Shown: one piece after another, positions 63,414 through 64,000 of the stretch | Position numbering within the stretch: position 1 is the first letter of the stretch | How the letters are laid out: each line of letters opens with the position of its first letter | Virus record (IMG/VR): IMGVR_UViG_3300022699_000232 | Location: 10,288-74,287 of that record | DNA: 64,000 nt | From: a virus | Strand: one strand, 5' to 3' | Made by a program: the position numbers and the translations under genes | Notes under the pieces: model-generated | What the model was told of the DNA's origin: nothing | The model's database searches: none | What the model saw: the letters and a program-made list of their open reading frames with translations, nothing else

Positions 63414-64000
63414 ATGTTTCAGGCGCGTCAGATGATCGCGGAGAGTGCCGAGGGATGCGCCCTCGCTGACCACGGCATGGTCCGCCAGTACGTCCAGAAG
63501 TGGTCTCCGTTGCTGGAAGGCATCGAGAGCGAACTGGACAAGTTCACCCCCCGTGGGCAGTCCCAGTACGTGAAGTCCGTTGCGGCTTTCATGCTGGAGA
63601 ACCAGGCTCGGCACCTCAAGCGGCTCTCTGAGGAGACTCGCGCTCTGAGCGTCGGTCCCTTCCTGAAGTTCGTCTTCCCTGTCATTCGACGGGCGGCGGT
63701 CCGGCTCGTCGCGACTCAGATCGCGTCGGTTCAGCCCATGACCGGCCCCATCGGTGGCGTGGCCTTCTACCGTCCGCGGTACGCGACGGACAAGGGCCAG
63801 GTCCAGGCCGGCCAGGAGATGAACAAGACGTTCAACAAGTGGTACTCGTCGAACTTCATCGACGGGGAGAGCGTCGGCACCGGTAACGGGACGCTGACGG
63901 CGTTCTCGGCCAACCTCGACTTCCCGCGCATCCTCGCGGGCACCATGCGGGTCCTGGTCCGGGCGGCCGGCACCGCTCAGTCCGGTACCCTCGTGGGTAC
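63414..64000 (+). CDS. gp23: T4-like major capsid protein (5' part; runs off the window; absent from the ORF track)
   Basis: AGGAGG RBS; MFQARQMIAES...QKWSPLLEG...MLENQ...FPVIRR...IASVQPMTGPIGGVAFYRPRY are gp23 signatures. Confidence 0.93.
   Translation, partial: MFQARQMIAESAEGCALADHGMVRQYVQKWSPLLEGIESELDKFTPRGQSQYVKSVAAFMLENQARHLKRLSEETRALSVGPFLKFVFPVIRRAAVRLVATQIASVQPMTGPIGGVAFYRPRYATDKGQVQAGQEMNKTFNKWYSSNFIDGESVGTGNGTLTAFSANLDFPRILAGTMRVLVRAAGTAQSGTLVG

Noticed and set aside
60029-63415. Long antisense ORFs (496 aa and 492 aa) and similar shadow ORFs elsewhere
   Set aside because: They mirror strongly biased sense genes, are Leu/Val-rich as expected for antisense of GAG/GAC codons, and show no motifs.
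1-64000. CRISPR arrays, tRNA or rRNA genes
   Set aside because: Intergenic gaps are nearly all under about 110 nt, and no repeat-spacer or cloverleaf pattern was seen; all tandem repeats found are in-frame coding repeats.

Overview
A 64-kb segment of a large, high-GC (roughly 60%) T4-like myovirus genome, almost entirely virion-morphogenesis genes. A short leftward block (1-7.9 kb) is followed by a long rightward block. That block holds an unusually large set of paralogous fibre/decoration proteins, a tail assembly chaperone with a clear -1 frameshift signal, the tape measure protein, a contractile-tail baseplate (gp53/X-, gp27-, gp5/V-, gp25-, gp6/J- and tail-I-like), a second fibre cluster ending in a 2OG-Fe(II) prolyl-hydroxylase-like gene, and the head module. 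The head module comprises a gp20 portal with two inteins, a gp21 protease fused to a scaffold, and the start of the gp23 major capsid protein. No sheath, tube, terminase, tRNA, CRISPR array or reverse transcriptase was recognised. The strongest candidates for new biology are: (1) three paralogous fibres with short collagen segments next to a prolyl-4-hydroxylase-like enzyme; (2) an intact free-standing intein/HNH-like gene lacking the catalytic residues of both domains, directly upstream of the double-intein portal; (3) two small 'half-Hint'-like proteins, each paired with a propeller-like gene; (4) an H-x3-[DN]-H repeat present 17 times across five fibre proteins; and (5) a shared RTPLLLE leader resembling a capsid-targeting sequence. 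All family assignments come from motif recognition by eye; no database search was run.
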